The position numbers and the translations under genes are program-made. Below, piece by piece: positions 36,686-45,127 of a DNA stretch of 50,215 nucleotides. The notes under the pieces were generated by a model. It had not been told where the DNA came from. It saw only the letters and a program-made list of their open reading frames with translations, and did not search any database. This DNA comes from an uncultured Oligoflexus sp. GTDB lineage: Bacteria; Bdellovibrionota_B; Oligoflexia; Oligoflexales; Oligoflexaceae. The stretch lies in the NCBI GenBank assembly GCA_964236955.1, contig CAXSGP010000027.1:1-50215 (forward strand). Direction: 5' to 3'. The number at the start of each line of letters is the position of its first letter. Position 1 is the stretch's first letter.

Positions 36686-37837
36686 TTAGGGATTGGGATT
36701 GGGATTGATAAGTGGGGCGAGCCTTAAAGTGAATGGCCATCCCTGCTCTTCGTCAAGAGGCAGAGACCAGGCAAAGGCACCGGCCAGTGTTGGGTGCCGG
36801 GTATTGATCCTCCTCCAGCTCTCCAATGCATCATCGATGGTCATGTAATTCTTTTTATTCCAGATACCAAAACCAATCGCCACATGGTTGGCACCTAGCA
36901 GTGTGATCCACTCTTCGAGGTTTTTCTCCATAAACTCTATCGTTGCGAGGTCAGGGCCGTCGTAGTATTGAGGAGCGGCAAAATCGAGGGCTCCCGCCTT
37001 AACCATCGCCGCACAAAAAGCCTTATCCTTTGGATTCCAAGGGGCGGGCGGGGCTGAGACCATAAATCCCGGATAGAGCTTTTTGAGTTCCAGGCTAATC
37101 CAAATCATCTCAGCGGTATCAGGAGCGAGGTCCGCTTCAAAGGTGTTCCAGTCCAAACCATCGAGCCCACCAAGGGCATCGATAATTTTCGAAATACTTT
37201 TAACGAATGTTTGCGATTTGCCATGATTGGGAAAACTCATGCCTGCTCCCGCACCACCGACGGCCAGGATAATCTTGCGGTTTTGTTTGCTCCTGGCGTA
37301 TTGGATGTCTGCCTTGAGATTGGTGGCTGCCCCTCGGCCATCGCCAGGCGCTGTCCAGATCACTTCTCCCGTAGTCCCGGGCGAGCCCCCTACCGGCTTC
37401 GCTGCAAAGAGATAGATGACATTGATGGCGAGATCGATGTCCTTGACCCGTGGTGGCGCCTCGGTCCAGTTGGGATAATAAAGGCCCGCTACCCTACGCA
37501 GTGAAACCGGCTTTTCAAGCGGGGGTGGGATTGGCTTTGGTAAAGGCATTGGCTCCGAGACGGGCCCTGGCTCGGTCGTAGGGTCAGGTTCTGCGCCTGG
37601 GCTATGACCAAGGACCGGAGTTGAGATAGAGTCAGCAGGATATTGTTTTTGGTCTTCCTGTGAGCTGTCGGCTCGCTCAGAGGCCGGACTCGAAGGAATT
37701 TGGGCTGCTTCATCTTTTCGCACTTGGCTGGAAGGGGAAAGGGTTCCATTCGTCAACGGATAGCGCGCCGCGGGCCGTTCACAGCCCATTAAAATTGCCA
37801 TAAGAGTCAGGATTGATGTCCTAAAATGGGCTGGCAA
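36686..37837 (-). CDS. lipoprotein glycoside hydrolase family 18 (chitinase-like)
   Basis: Lipobox LMGC, Pro-rich linker, YYPNW, KIILAVGG, DGLDWNTFE, PQYYD, GAFAW; TTG start with GGGGAG RBS. Confidence 0.85.
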   Translation of the reverse strand: MPAHFRTSILTLMAILMGCERPAARYPLTNGTLSPSSQVRKDEAAQIPSSPASERADSSQEDQKQYPADSISTPVLGHSPGAEPDPTTEPGPVSEPMPLPKPIPPPLEKPVSLRRVAGLYYPNWTEAPPRVKDIDLAINVIYLFAAKPVGGSPGTTGEVIWTAPGDGRGAATNLKADIQYARSKQNRKIILAVGGAGAGMSFPNHGKSQTFVKSISKIIDALGGLDGLDWNTFEADLAPDTAEMIWISLELKKLYPGFMVSAPPAPWNPKDKAFCAAMVKAGALDFAAPQYYDGPDLATIEFMEKNLEEWITLLGANHVAIGFGIWNKKNYMTIDDALESWRRINTRHPTLAGAFAWSLPLDEEQGWPFTLRLAPLINPNPNP

Positions 37838-37863
37838 ATCATTTTCTCCCCTGGTGCTAGTCT

Positions 37864-37890
37864 TTATCGGAATAATTTTTGTTTGCTTAA
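37864..37890 (-). promoter_or_regulatory. sigma28 (FliA)-like promoter candidate
   Basis: Minus strand TTAA-N15-TCCGATAA versus consensus TAAA-N15-GCCGATAA, just upstream of the GH18 RBS. Confidence 0.55.
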
Positions 37891-38051
37891 ATGATCCGAT
37901 AAGTAACTGTCTAAATTGAATATTGATATGATGAAAAGCCTCGATTTTACGCCCAGGGCTTGATCTATGCTTGCCTCTCCCGCACCTTCCGGTGAGCCAA
38001 CCCGAGGCTGATCCCGCCCCTTATAGGATTGCCACAGGCGCACAGACTTCT

Positions 38052-40355
38052 CTAAAGTACCTCCGGGGGAAGAATAGCCGATTCATAGCCAACGGAAATC
38101 ACCCAAAGCTGATGAATGGCCCGCGTTGCCGCCACGTGTAGGAGCCGCCGGTCTTCAGGCTTGTCGATGTAAACGCCGCGACTGGCATCAGGGATTATAA
38201 CATAGTCAAATTCCAATCCCTTCACCTCAGAAGCAGGCGTGATATCGATACCGGCTTTAAAATCAAACTGGCCATGCTCGATCAGACGGACCTTGGGTAT
38301 ATCCCTCATGAGTTTATAAAGCGTGACAGCATACTCAGCGTCCTTGGTCAGTACTGCAACCGAAGCAAGCGGCTCATCGCTCATCAGCTGGGTCAAAGTC
38401 TCAGTGAGGAATACCGCCATCTGCCCTTCATTGGGGAAGAGCGTTCTGGCGACCGGCAATCCCTCGCGGACGGCTGCGGGAGGCTCAGCAGGGGCAATGG
38501 GCCCCAGCACTCCATGCGCAAAGGCCGCGATAGTCTTCGGTGATCGGTAGGTCGTCATCAGATAATTTGCATAGACCCGTGGCTGATTGAGCGTATCAAG
38601 AACACGCTCCCAGGATTCGAAGGAATGGGTTGGATCGATTTGCTGGGCGGCATCCCCTGCGATCGTAATCGCTGCATCATCTTCCAGCACGCGACTCAAA
38701 GCCTTGAGTTCGACCACCGCCAAATCCTGGGCCTCATCGATCACCATATGGGCATATTTTTTGAGCCGTGGACCCGGCATTTCCTGTTTGCCGGATTTAT
38801 AGGCCTGGAGTTCAAGTAAAATAGCAAAATCTTCGGGATCTATCGTTCCGGAAATCGTCTGTTCGGCCTCGTCGTCGATCAGACTCCTGCCATCGACAGT
38901 TTCCAGTGAGTCGCTCTCATAACCACTATAGGCTTCCTCCGGCCGCTGACCCAACTGATCGAGAGAATGGCTGATCAGATCTCGAATCATAAGCTCTGTG
39001 ATAACGCCTTTGGATTCTGCCGCTATGCGTTCCAGTATTTCCAGGTTGGTAAAGAGATCCGCTCGATCGCCTGTGGTATTCAAATAACGTTTTCGGCGCT
39101 CCATAAAGAACTTTTTCACTGCCGCAATGCGCATCGGCGCGGTCGCTGCGCCTTCGGCATCGATTTCTTCAAGCAGGGTTTGTTCGGCAAGATCAAAACG
39201 ATCGGCCATGCAGAGATCGCTTCGGTCCCGAAGCACCGTAGCGAGGGAAGGAGTCCCGGGTAAAAATTTAGCGGCACTGCGCATAATCTCTTCCACCTGC
39301 CTGCGAACGATTTCGGGAAAAACAGTGAGTAGGAGTGGATGGCGCTTCACACGGCTGACGTTGGCTGGCACATAATGGCACAGGCGCTGGGGAATACTCC
39401 GCAGCATCCTTCTGGCCTGAACCTCGACCCATTCGTCAAAGGTTTTGACTTCGACATCGCTTAGCCCAAGCGTGCCCAGGAGCTTTTTCGACAGGCGGAC
39501 GAGTCCCTCCTCCGGAACGACCACGAGAATTTTGTTCGAAGGAAACTGATGGGGCGCTTTGAAGCGGAGATAGGCGATGCGATGCAGAGCGATCGTGGTC
39601 TTCCCACATCCCGCGCCGCCAAGGACCAGCAAAGGATCATCATAATCGGCAGTGAGGAGACGGAACTGATCGGGGTCGAGAAGTGCCGATACTTCGGGCG
39701 CTGGAGTATTCGTCAAACCTAATCCACTTTGCAGCGTGCGGTTCGCCGAGCCTGCGCCACCGGAAAGACTTGGGCTAAACCCATGTTTATCGCGAACCCA
39801 TTCGCCACTGTCGAGCTTGCGATAGCTTTTTCCTGCCGCATGAATCCTCAGGAGGATGCCGTTATGAATGGTGACCACGCGACGTTTTATAACAAAACCG
39901 TGGGCGATGCGGCCAGGAAACTCCTCTTCGTACTCTTCGCCTTCGCGATAGTTGAAGAAGATTCGGGACACGGGGGCATGCTTCCAGTCGATGACCGGGG
40001 AATTGCGAAACTTAAGGAAGCTCAGGTGACCGAGTAAAACATCGCGGCGTTGGCCTTTTTCTTCGAGACCCAGATGGGCAAAGTAGGGCGATCGGGGATC
40101 AGGCAATGCTTCGTCTTTTTTCAGGCTTAGGATGGCCCTTTGGGTGTTCATCTGATCAAAGAGGGCCGGTAAGTCGGCGCTCTTGGCAGCCGATGCTTCC
40201 TCTCTCAGCGATTCCAGTTGCTCACCCGCTACTTCCTGCTGCGGCTTTTTACGGTTTTGATGGACCTGCCGAATAGACTGAATCACACTGCTACAGAGAT
40301 TTTCCTCCTCGGCAATGAGAGCAAGCTCGTCGGGACTCAAGACTTCATATGTCAT
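38052..40355 (-). CDS. HelD-like UvrD/SF1 helicase-like ATPase
   Basis: SPYFAH, VIDWKHAPVS, GGAGCGKTTIALHRIAYL, VIDEAQD, GDAAQ, YRS, VKGLEFD, HVAATRA; start at ATG 40355 (GAGG RBS). Confidence 0.87.
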   Translation of the reverse strand: MTYEVLSPDELALIAEEENLCSSVIQSIRQVHQNRKKPQQEVAGEQLESLREEASAAKSADLPALFDQMNTQRAILSLKKDEALPDPRSPYFAHLGLEEKGQRRDVLLGHLSFLKFRNSPVIDWKHAPVSRIFFNYREGEEYEEEFPGRIAHGFVIKRRVVTIHNGILLRIHAAGKSYRKLDSGEWVRDKHGFSPSLSGGAGSANRTLQSGLGLTNTPAPEVSALLDPDQFRLLTADYDDPLLVLGGAGCGKTTIALHRIAYLRFKAPHQFPSNKILVVVPEEGLVRLSKKLLGTLGLSDVEVKTFDEWVEVQARRMLRSIPQRLCHYVPANVSRVKRHPLLLTVFPEIVRRQVEEIMRSAAKFLPGTPSLATVLRDRSDLCMADRFDLAEQTLLEEIDAEGAATAPMRIAAVKKFFMERRKRYLNTTGDRADLFTNLEILERIAAESKGVITELMIRDLISHSLDQLGQRPEEAYSGYESDSLETVDGRSLIDDEAEQTISGTIDPEDFAILLELQAYKSGKQEMPGPRLKKYAHMVIDEAQDLAVVELKALSRVLEDDAAITIAGDAAQQIDPTHSFESWERVLDTLNQPRVYANYLMTTYRSPKTIAAFAHGVLGPIAPAEPPAAVREGLPVARTLFPNEGQMAVFLTETLTQLMSDEPLASVAVLTKDAEYAVTLYKLMRDIPKVRLIEHGQFDFKAGIDITPASEVKGLEFDYVIIPDASRGVYIDKPEDRRLLHVAATRAIHQLWVISVGYESAILPPEVL

Positions 40356-40521
40356 AAAGGCAATATCCTCTCTTGCAGGGTCAGGAACTCGAAGAGTGTT
40401 ATGGCTTTTCGTCCGGCGATGCAGGTAAGTAGCTGACTTTTTATAAGTCATAGCTTTAAAATTAAGGGTCGCAGTGTAACGGAATGAATGGGAAAGCGCA
40501 AGGCACACGAATGGAGAAGCT

Positions 40522-40701
40522 ATGGAAGAGCCGATTACGGTTAATTGTCCCTGGTGTGGCGAGAGCTTCATCACCTTTTTTGATCTGTCAGCCGGGGATC
40601 AGAATTATATCGAAGACTGCCAGGTGTGCTGTCGTCCGATTACCCTCCATTTTACCATATCAAGAATGGGACGGGTGCGAGTCCATCCAGGCCGAAGTTA
40701 A
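40522..40701 (+). CDS. CPXCG motif cysteine-rich small protein (59 aa, not in ORF track)
   Basis: Manual translation MEEPITVNCPWCGESFITFFDLSAGDQNYIEDCQVCCRPITLHF...; GGAGA RBS; CPxCG and EDCQVCCRP signature. Confidence 0.92.
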   Translation: MEEPITVNCPWCGESFITFFDLSAGDQNYIEDCQVCCRPITLHFTISRMGRVRVHPGRS

Positions 40702-41267
40702 TGCAAATGAGGAACCGCCAGACAAACGAAAACATGGCGACCGTGATGACTCATCGAATAGGGCAGCACCTGGTCTTTATATAAAAGGCGGGGAATCTGA
40801 TGCTCGTCTTTTTGCAAAACGGCGTCCAGATCATGGCGTTTGAGAAGATCGTGGAGTATCGCCCGACCCTGTTCACCCTGCTCTTTCGGGCTAAGTTCTT
40901 CGGTTCCCGAACGCATCTCGCTGACGATGGTGTAGGAGGAAAGGGCTTGGGGCGAAGCGGATATGCTCATGGCCCAGACGGCGTCTTCGGATCGGTTGAT
41001 TTCCAGATTCCAGCTCTGCGTCTCAAACTGGACCCGCGAGGCCTTAAGATCCACGTTCCAGCGATTGGGCAGAAAATAGCGCATATTCGCCTGCCGAAAC
41101 GCCTTGAATGCCGATTCCTTCGCGGCCCAAAGACTCCAAACGAGCAGTTCGTCGTCTTCGATTCCGGGATAACGTTCGCGTTCTTCGGGATGAAGAATTC
41201 GCTCGACGAATCGAGGCCTGATTCCTGAATCTACCTTGAGATCGACTATATCATTGCCAAGCTGCAT
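40698..41267 (-). CDS. 4'-phosphopantetheinyl transferase
   Basis: MQLGNDIVDL, FVERILHPEE, WAAKESAFKA, SMSHHG; start ATG 41267 with GAGGGG RBS. Confidence 0.9.
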   Translation of the reverse strand: MQLGNDIVDLKVDSGIRPRFVERILHPEERERYPGIEDDELLVWSLWAAKESAFKAFRQANMRYFLPNRWNVDLKASRVQFETQSWNLEINRSEDAVWAMSISASPQALSSYTIVSEMRSGTEELSPKEQGEQGRAILHDLLKRHDLDAVLQKDEHQIPRLLYKDQVLPYSMSHHGRHVFVCLAVPHLH

Positions 41268-41997
41268 GATAACCCCTCTCCAATGATTCGAGCTGTTCAA
41301 ATACCTGCATCGTGATATCGCGCTGGGCCTTGCGTCCCTCGGCGATGGTACAGTCGACAACCTTCCAATCAACCCAGATCTTATCGCCCCATTTTGGGAA
41401 GAGACCATAGGTTTTTTGGGCCTTGCCACGAAGATATACGGCCAGCACCAGGGTTTTGGGATTGGACTGCACGAGTTGCCCGACGCCGTACATCGCAGCC
41501 TCTCTGTCGATGTTTCCCGTGCGGCTGCGGCCACCTTCGGGAAAGACGCAAAGTGTTTCGCCAAAACGATTCAGGTAGGAAATCTTTTCCCATACGAGCC
41601 GCTTGGAGGCGACGCTGCCCTGTCTTTCCAGGTAGACGCACTTGCCGAGGTAGCAGAGCCCGCGCATAAAAAAGTTTTTGCCAAAGTTCGCGAGTTCGGG
41701 AACATTCCAGGGAAAATATCCGTAACGCCTGAATAGCAATCGAAAATCGAAGAGCAGCCAGGTGAGCAGCAGCGAATCGATCATCGTTAGATGATTGGCG
41801 CAGATGAGAAGCGGACGTTTGGGGTTCTGAGCAATAAGCTCGCGAATGCACCGCCGAATGCGACGACGATGGGAACAGCGATAGGCTAGACCGACTCGTA
41901 AAAATAGGACCATGAGCGGACCAAACCAGAAAAAGTTTAGTTGCCCCGCCATTTTCTGGGTCCAGAGAGCCCGTCGCTGTGGTTTATCAAAGGACAC
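41251..41997 (-). CDS. lysophospholipid/PlsC-family acyltransferase
   Basis: Catalytic NHLTMID (HX4D), FPEGGRSRTG. Confidence 0.9.
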   Translation of the reverse strand: MSFDKPQRRALWTQKMAGQLNFFWFGPLMVLFLRVGLAYRCSHRRRIRRCIRELIAQNPKRPLLICANHLTMIDSLLLTWLLFDFRLLFRRYGYFPWNVPELANFGKNFFMRGLCYLGKCVYLERQGSVASKRLVWEKISYLNRFGETLCVFPEGGRSRTGNIDREAAMYGVGQLVQSNPKTLVLAVYLRGKAQKTYGLFPKWGDKIWVDWKVVDCTIAEGRKAQRDITMQVFEQLESLERGYHAAWQ

Positions 41998-42002
41998 GGG
42001 TA

Positions 42003-42251
42003 TTAATTCTTCAAAGCCTTTACCAACATTACCGCGTCCCCTATGGTTGCGATACGGTCAGCGTCATCATCACTTATTTCCAGATCAAAGGTATCCTCGA
42101 AATCAAGGACAATATCGACCAAGCGAGCTGAGTTTACTTTAAGATCCTTAAGGATATGAGTATCGGGGTGAATCACACTCAAGGCCGCAGGATCCTTCGC
42201 ATGCTTGGAAACGATGCGCACCACATTATTATAAATATCGTCTTGATTCAT
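42003..42251 (-). CDS. acyl carrier protein (accessory)
   Basis: DLKVNSARLVDIVLDFEDTFDLEISDDDADRIATIGDAV; ATGA overlap with the KAS stop; GGAG RBS. Confidence 0.92.
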   Translation of the reverse strand: MNQDDIYNNVVRIVSKHAKDPAALSVIHPDTHILKDLKVNSARLVDIVLDFEDTFDLEISDDDADRIATIGDAVMLVKALKN

Positions 42252-43519
42252 TGAGGAACACTCCACTTTTTAAATATAACGCAACTGTTGACGTCACCGA
42301 ATCCAAAACTAGCCTTGGCAGCAATCGAAAGAGACGCTTCACGTGTCGAACTGGGTACGTGCAGGGCGAAGTTTTTGATCTCAGGATGAAAATCTTCGCA
42401 GTTTCTTGACATATGTATGAATCCATAATGCAGTTGCAGCACGGTTGCAATAGCTTCGATAGCGCCGGCTGCACCCAAACTATGCCCTATCAGTGACTTA
42501 GTCGAGTTAATCCAAGGAAAATCAGCTGCTTCTCTTCCCAAGGCGGCCGCCCAGTTATTTAGCTCCATCGGATCCGCAATGGTCGCCGTGAGATGACCAT
42601 TGATATAGTCGATCGATCGAGGGTCAATTTTAGCATCCAAAATGGCTTGCTTAATGCATTTTTGCACACCCCTAGGACTTGGCATGGTCATGGAGCCGCC
42701 CGATCGCATGCCCCCACAATTTATCGCCGAACCCAACACTTCCGCGTAGATTCTGGCCCCACGCTTATTCGCAGTTGCGAGATCCTCCAGGACCAGAACA
42801 CCGGCGCCGGCAGCCGGAATGAATCCCCCTGCACTTTCGCTCATCGGCCGGGAGGCTGCTTCCGGATCGTGATTGAATTTGCGGCTTAAGACCTTCATCG
42901 AATCAAAGCCAGCCCAGGTATGCGGATCGGAGCCTTCGGTACCGCCGACCAGCATGCGATTGGCAAGACCGAGCTGGATGCGTTGAGCCCCTAAGATCAG
43001 GGCTTCCGTGCCCGTATTGCAGGCGGAACTGTTGCTATAGACCTGATTACCCAGACCAAGGATTCCGGCGATGCGCGCCGAAGCTCCACTCGCCATGATT
43101 TGTTCCACGACTGTCGAGCCGAGTTTTTTGATTCTGTGACCGGCGACGCTCGGAAACACGCGATTCGCGAGCGTATCAATGCCGCCAATGCCCGTGCCAA
43201 TGATAGCTCCGGTATCGTCGTGCGGTTGATCGCCCCCGGCTGGCGCTATGCCGGCATCCGCGAATGCTTCCATCGCTGCAATTGCCGCGTAAGTCATAGA
43301 TTCGTTGGTAGCGAGACGCAAGTTCTCGGGAATCGTTTCCAACGCTTTTTCCAGCCCTTGGGGAATGGCCGCGACCTGGCATGCGAAGCCTAAGGCCGCA
43401 AGTTCCGGCATGAAGCGCAAACCAGAGCGACCTTCGCGCAGGGCGATGAGGAAGTCTTTAGTGTTGTTAGCGTTGGGAGCGACCAGGCCGAGTCCGGTGA
43501 TGACGACTCGACGAAGCAT
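42248..43519 (-). CDS. beta-ketoacyl-ACP synthase (FabF/FabB family)
   Basis: RRVVITGLG, catalytic SSACNTG, ASRPM, INGHLTAT, STKSLIGHSLGAAG, SFGFGDVN. Confidence 0.95.
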   Translation of the reverse strand: MLRRVVITGLGLVAPNANNTKDFLIALREGRSGLRFMPELAALGFACQVAAIPQGLEKALETIPENLRLATNESMTYAAIAAMEAFADAGIAPAGGDQPHDDTGAIIGTGIGGIDTLANRVFPSVAGHRIKKLGSTVVEQIMASGASARIAGILGLGNQVYSNSSACNTGTEALILGAQRIQLGLANRMLVGGTEGSDPHTWAGFDSMKVLSRKFNHDPEAASRPMSESAGGFIPAAGAGVLVLEDLATANKRGARIYAEVLGSAINCGGMRSGGSMTMPSPRGVQKCIKQAILDAKIDPRSIDYINGHLTATIADPMELNNWAAALGREAADFPWINSTKSLIGHSLGAAGAIEAIATVLQLHYGFIHMSRNCEDFHPEIKNFALHVPSSTREASLSIAAKASFGFGDVNSCVIFKKWSVPQ

Positions 43520-43986
43520 TATTTTTTCACTCCCATGCCGATCAATGTGCCCTTGGCAACGACCGTCTCGTCATTCAAACGCATCTGCACATCGCATTTG
43601 ATTTTGCCCATTTTAAAAAGCAGTTTTTCGCCCATGACGGTGACCTTGTCGCCCGGACGGATCGGTGAGAGAAAATCGACATTGGCGGATTGAAAGAGGG
43701 TGATGCGTTCTTCCGGATCCCGTCCGCTGCTCAAAAAGAGATGGATAGCCATCGCTGCCAGACCGATCTGAGCCATGCATTCCAGAAGAATGACTCCAGG
43801 GGTGATGGGGTTGCCGGGAAAATGACCCTGATAAAACCACTCATCCTGACGAAAGGTATAGCTGCCGACGATTTTTTGTTCGTCCAGATGCATGAGTTCA
43901 TCGACATAGCGGAATGGGTATTGCTGTGGAAGAATCGCGAGTACACGGGCTATTTTCTCTTCGTGCGTTAACGTTTGATAATTCAT
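43519..43986 (-). CDS. 3-hydroxyacyl-ACP dehydratase (FabZ family)
   Basis: LPQQYPFRYVD, GHFPGNPITPGVILLECMAQ, PIRPGD; GAGGGG RBS before ATG 43986. Confidence 0.92.
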   Translation of the reverse strand: MNYQTLTHEEKIARVLAILPQQYPFRYVDELMHLDEQKIVGSYTFRQDEWFYQGHFPGNPITPGVILLECMAQIGLAAMAIHLFLSSGRDPEERITLFQSANVDFLSPIRPGDKVTVMGEKLLFKMGKIKCDVQMRLNDETVVAKGTLIGMGVKK

Positions 43987-44018
43987 AAATCCCCTCGAGA
44001 CCGATTGTTGAATGATCT

Positions 44019-44963
44019 TCATTGACTGATCGCCTCTCCACCGTCGACCCGTATCAACGCCCCGTTGATCCATGCGGCCTCTTTGAGACTCATGAGATAA
44101 ACGACGTTAGCCACATCCTCTGGCGTCGTAAGACGGGAGAAGGGGTTGCGTTTATACGCCTGAAACTTCATCTGAGCACTGCCCGGAATCAATCGCATCG
44201 CCGCGGTATCCGTGACGCCCGGCTGCAGAATATTGCAGCGGATGCCATGAACCGCGAATTCGCAGGCGATTGATCGCGCGACCGCTTCCAACGCGCATTT
44301 TGCAGCGGATACTGCGGCATAACCCTGCCATGCGATCTGATTGCCTTCAGAAGTCAGGCCAATCACCCGCGCGTCAGCCGCAAACATCTGCCGCTGATGC
44401 AGATCCTGGACCCAAAACATCAGGCTCGTGCCCATGTTGTAGATCGTCTGCGCGAAGTCGTCTTCACCCAGTAGCTCCTCAGAATAAAATCTCCGGTCTT
44501 CACCCAGCAGCTCTGCGAATTCCTGATGGCCTTGGGCGAGAAGGCTTTTCATCGCAAGTTCCAGTTTGCCCGTCGCAATGCCACTCGCCTCGCTGAGGAG
44601 TTCGAGTTTGGTCGCTTCGGGCGGGAACTGGGGAGCTGCCGGTTTAAGATTGCCGAGCGCAATGGAGTGTAGCAATAAGCTAATCTTGGCATCGCTGAGT
44701 TTATCAGCAATGCGATTTAAAATGACAAGTCGACCTTCGCGAGATAAAGCGTCCATGTTAAAAGTCTCGAGTTTCACGCCGTGGGCGCGGATCCTATCGA
44801 ATTCCCTCTCGATTTGCAGGACCGCGCCGCGCCGATCCCGATGGATGATCAGGAGATTTAATCCATGGGCGGCCAGCTTTTTAGCACTGGCGAGTCCCAT
44901 GCCGCTGGAGCCTCCCAGAATGAGTCCCCAATGCCCTTCGTTATGTGAATCTCGGACGTCCAC
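44019..44963 (-). CDS. SDR family enoyl-ACP reductase (FabI/FabL-like)
   Basis: ILGGSSGMG, YAAVSAAK (YX6K enoyl-reductase spacing), PGVTDT, RLTTPEDVA, WING..IRVDGG. Confidence 0.88.
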   Translation of the reverse strand: MDVRDSHNEGHWGLILGGSSGMGLASAKKLAAHGLNLLIIHRDRRGAVLQIEREFDRIRAHGVKLETFNMDALSREGRLVILNRIADKLSDAKISLLLHSIALGNLKPAAPQFPPEATKLELLSEASGIATGKLELAMKSLLAQGHQEFAELLGEDRRFYSEELLGEDDFAQTIYNMGTSLMFWVQDLHQRQMFAADARVIGLTSEGNQIAWQGYAAVSAAKCALEAVARSIACEFAVHGIRCNILQPGVTDTAAMRLIPGSAQMKFQAYKRNPFSRLTTPEDVANVVYLMSLKEAAWINGALIRVDGGEAISQ

Positions 44964-45127
44964 TGGCTTGACCTCTTGTGCCTCTCGCGAAGCAAAATTC
45001 CCTGACTTCGCTCTTTATAAGACAGATTTAGCTGCAATATACCCGGTCCGGGCAAGCTCTCCAAATGAAAAGACTTCTGTGCCATTTATCACAGTTTAAA
45101 GCCAGGAAACGGACTTTTTGCCGTAAT

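Noticed and set aside
36689..36706. (GGGATT)3 tandem repeat
   Set aside because: It encodes the NPNPNP C-terminus of the GH18; too short to suggest phase variation
40356..40574. N-terminal extension of the helicase ORF (840 aa)
   Set aside because: It would overlap the CPXCG gene on the other strand; an RBS supports ATG 40355
41268..41564. N-terminal extension of the 288-aa ORF 40698..41564
   Set aside because: It overlaps the acyltransferase in another frame; PPTase homology and an RBS begin at ATG 41267
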